A DNA stretch of 63,522 nucleotides, filler included, from Octopus bimaculoides (lineage: Eukaryota), in the NCBI RefSeq assembly GCF_001194135.2. It is 6 parts of 6 records of this genome, joined end to end, with 100 filler letters (N's around TTAATTAATTAA, not from the genome) between each part and the next. Parts side by side here need not be neighbours in the genome. Positions count along the whole stretch, not along the records: positions 60,816 to 63,522 come from NW_026411731.1; 5 more parts are not named here. One strand, written 5' to 3'. Positions 61,037 through 63,522 of this stretch are shown here, piece by piece. Position 1 is the first letter of the stretch. Each line of letters opens with the position of its first letter. Both the position numbers and the translations under genes were made by a program. The notes beneath the pieces were generated by a model. That model was not told the origin of the DNA, ran no database searches, and was given only the letters and a program-made list of their open reading frames with translations.

Positions 61037-61514
61037 ACATTTTCACTTCCCGAGCGTTAANNNNNNNNNNGAGCGTTAAACTAACACATCTGTTTGTTGT
61101 CTACACCACCTGTCTTCGTCCTTCGTTTGTGAATTCTCCCTATAATAGCTTGGTAAGATGCGTTAGTATGTCTGATTAGAAATTTCTCACCTGGTTCAAT
61201 AGCAAAATTAAATAATAATTGTATTGATGTTTAGTTTACATAGATATGAAAGGTCACAGTCAATATAAACTCAGCGGGACAAAACTCAAGGCACTTTTCG
61301 TTTCAAATGGGTGTATCTTTGTTGGACTCCCCCAAAATACCCAAGTAGGCACTCCACAATACTTAAGTTGTGGGTAGGCAAGACAGCGAAGTGTGGAGTA
61401 AAGATAGATGATAGCTGCTATATGAAATTTGTTTTCCTGAAAAAGGTACCCAAGTAGACGTTCTACAATAATAATTCATAGGAAAAGGAGAATCGTGTAT
61501 TATTGATATTTTTT

Positions 61515-61837
61515 TTATAATTTGTTCAGCAGTGGCTTGTATTTTTGAATGAAAGAACTTTCCTTCTTTTCTGGTCTGGTTTATTCTCTAAATATTAAAA
61601 CGGGAAGACAAGAAAATTGGGAGACATGGTTTTTGCACATGTGTTCAGGGGTGATATAGTTGTTGACGATGAATAATTAGTCATGTTCTGAAAGGGAGTT
61701 TAATTTGTCCAATGTAGTCTTCCATTGCATCTGATGGCAGAATTAAATTCTTTGAAGAACATGTAAAATGGTTTTTCACAATAAAATCTTGATATAAATG
61801 TTCATGCATTTGGATTTTTAGACCAAGTCGGTGCATA
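61515..61837 (-). mobile_element. PLE (Neptune-like) GIY-YIG endonuclease relic
   Basis: HFTCSSKNLI/AIRCNG/EDYIGQI..FRT*LIIHRQQLYHP...ESSFIQKYKPLLNKL*, with frameshifts. Confidence 0.75.
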
Positions 61838-61947
61838 ACAGTTCTATATTTAAGAGATGAGAAATTATGTATATTATTTACATTTGANNNNNNNNNNTAT
61901 ATTTAAGAGATGAGAAATTATGTATATTATTTACATTTGACGGATAT
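61838..61947 (-). mobile_element. 3'-terminal fragment of the tRNA/hammerhead PLE module
   Basis: ACAGTTCTATATTTAAGAGATGAG..ATTATGTATATTATTTACATTTGACGGATAT; same end point as 11900 and 41199; duplicated around a 10-N gap. Confidence 0.88.
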
Positions 61948-62351
61948 GCTGGAGAAAGTAATGTATGTTGGAGAAAGTTTATAGCATCGCAGTTCCAAAT
62001 ATTTGTTGCTATGTTTTTCTCTCAAAACGAAGAAGTTATTTTAAAGGATGAGTTTGAATTTCTGTGATGACTTGTTGATCAATTCGGTCTGGAATTTTCT
62101 TAGCCACAAAGATTTTGCCGCTAGTCCTCTCGTCAGTACTCGTGTGGAACGGTAATATAAAATTATAAACCAATTGAATCGACTACGGTTTCCCCGATAC
62201 ATTTGTGAAGGAGATGGCTCAATGGGTGTAGGTCATTCCTAGTAAAATTAGGTATAAATTGTAAGAGATGATATACGAGTATGTTAAGGAAGTTGTACGT
62301 ATGTATATATATATGTATGTGTGTGTGTGTGTGTGTGTGTGNNNNNNNNNN

Positions 62352-62382
<31 letters not shown>

Positions 62383-62594
62383 TGTGTGTCTATGTGTGTG
62401 GTTGTGCGTGTATGTGTGTGTATGTATACATGCGCTCGCACACACACACACTCACACACATATATAGTTAACTTAAATAAATAAACAATTCAAATAAACG
62501 AATAAAAAATGTGAAAAAAGGAAAGCAACGCAAATGAGGACGGGCACAAGAAGTGTATTAGCTTGACGCTCGGTGAAAGAGACAACAATATATT

Positions 62595-62831
62595 TTAACT
62601 AACTTTAATCATGTAGACGTTGTAACATTGGGTCAATTGAATCTTTCTGGAATTCACGTATTTGCAGGCATTATTCCTGTCTACTAAATATACTCGGAAG
62701 TTAAGATCCATCAGTTTCTTGATAACATTAAGAGCATTACGGAAAAACTGCGCTCCCGTTACAGGTGAGTGAAACTCAAGTGGTATTTGTTTCACATGAT
62801 CTAGTTCGCCGTCAGACATCGCCTTCTTCAA
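62595..62831 (-). CDS. METTL24: Terminal coding exon (3' part) of a METTL24/Methyltransf_22-like methyltransferase; 5' part falls in the gap 62832-62981
   Basis: LKKAMSDGELDHVKQIPLEFH...ALNVIKKLMDLNFRVYLVDRNNAC...LTQCYNVYMIKVS*, open to TAA at 62595-62597. Symbol means family-level likeness, not proven orthology. Confidence 0.78.
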   Translation of the reverse strand: MKKAMSDGELDHVKQIPLEFHSPVTGAQFFRNALNVIKKLMDLNFRVYLVDRNNACKYVNSRKIQLTQCYNVYMIKVS

Positions 62832-63266
62832 NNNNNNNNNNNNNNNNNNNNNNNNNNNNNNNNNNNNNNNNNNNNNNNNNNNNNNNNNNNNNNNNNNNNN
62901 NNNNNNNNNNNNNNNNNNNNNNNNNNNNNNNNNNNNNNNNNNNNNNNNNNNNNNNNNNNNNNNNNNNNNNNNNNNNNNNNNAGGGAAGGAAGGGGAGAGA
63001 GTGGATGGGAGAAAAACAAAGAAGGAATAAAATAGCAAAAGAGAACTGAATGGACGAAACAGAGACAGGAAAGGAAAGGGTGAAAGTGGATGGGAGAAAA
63101 ACCTTGAAAGAAAGAAATAGCAAAATAGAACTGAAGAACATAAAAACAGAAAAGAAGAAAGAAAGAAAGAAAATGAAAGAGAAAGTAAAACTGAAAAATA
63201 AAAGATAGGATAAAAGAAACAAACAAAGAAACAAAGAAATGGAAAGCGATAGGAATNNNNNNNNNN

Positions 63267-63366
63267 GTATTTGTTTCACATGATCTAGTTCGCCGTCAGA
63301 CATCGCCTTCTTCAAGGAGTCCCATTCTGACCATTCTATATCCATTTTCAAAATACTGATATCCGT
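63267..63366 (-). CDS. METTL24: Duplicated 5' part of the same exon with its splice acceptor
   Basis: Pyrimidine tract TTTCCTTTTATTTCATTCTTCAG, then phase-0 TDISILKMDIEWSEWDSLKKAMSDGELDHVKQI (I.ILK.DIE..EW motif); 63267-63315 is identical to 62783-62831. Confidence 0.78.
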
Positions 63367-63522
63367 CTGAAGAATGAAATAAAAGGAAATTAAAGAAGTT
63401 GTTAATTAAAAACAATTTTGTGAAAATAAGTAATGGATGAACGCACAGACAGCTGAATGGACCAAACAGAGACAGGGAAGGAAGGGGAGAGAGTGGATGG
63501 GAGAAAAACAAAGAAGGAATAA

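Noticed and set aside
61290-61335. Hammerhead remnant downstream of the Neptune-like relic (CCAACAA-AGAT..ATTT-GAAAC on minus)
   Set aside because: Three core mismatches and no stem I; cannot be distinguished from chance.
1-63522. Most ORFs in the six-frame track (poly-X, YIYI, CVCV, THTH, poly-I/S/T/D/M)
   Set aside because: They are translations of N gaps and di/trinucleotide microsatellites, not genes.

Overview
Repeat-saturated animal genomic DNA from a gappy short-read assembly, most likely an octopus (inferred from its SINE and RTE families, not from a database search). Nearly all ORF-track entries are artefacts of N-runs and microsatellites. The one convincing host coding sequence is the terminal exon of a METTL24/Methyltransf_22-like SAM-dependent methyltransferase on the minus strand at the far right; the assembly has split it into two overlapping pieces. 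The rest is decayed mobile DNA: several RTE LINEs (one BovB-like), an R4/Dong-like RT fragment, a Ty3/Gypsy relic, Tc1/mariner relics and MITEs, at least three tRNA-headed SINE families, palindromic fold-backs, minisatellites and at least three Penelope-like element (PLE) families. The most interesting signal is a PLE terminal module (11900-12222 minus, 40902-41199 plus, fragment 61838-61947). It reads: tRNA-like Pol III A/B-box head, (AAT)n tract, minimal type I hammerhead ribozyme motif, fixed 3' end. It sits about 30 nt downstream of a GIY-YIG ORF stop in one copy and stands alone with an inverted 5' duplication in another, suggesting a ribozyme-bearing, PLE-mobilised SINE/retrozyme-like element. 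Two further unrelated hammerhead-like motifs occur (32388-32458, 61001-61036). CpG content shifts sharply at a synthetic scaffold linker (27476-27575), so adjacency across the five TTAATTAATTAA linkers should not be trusted.
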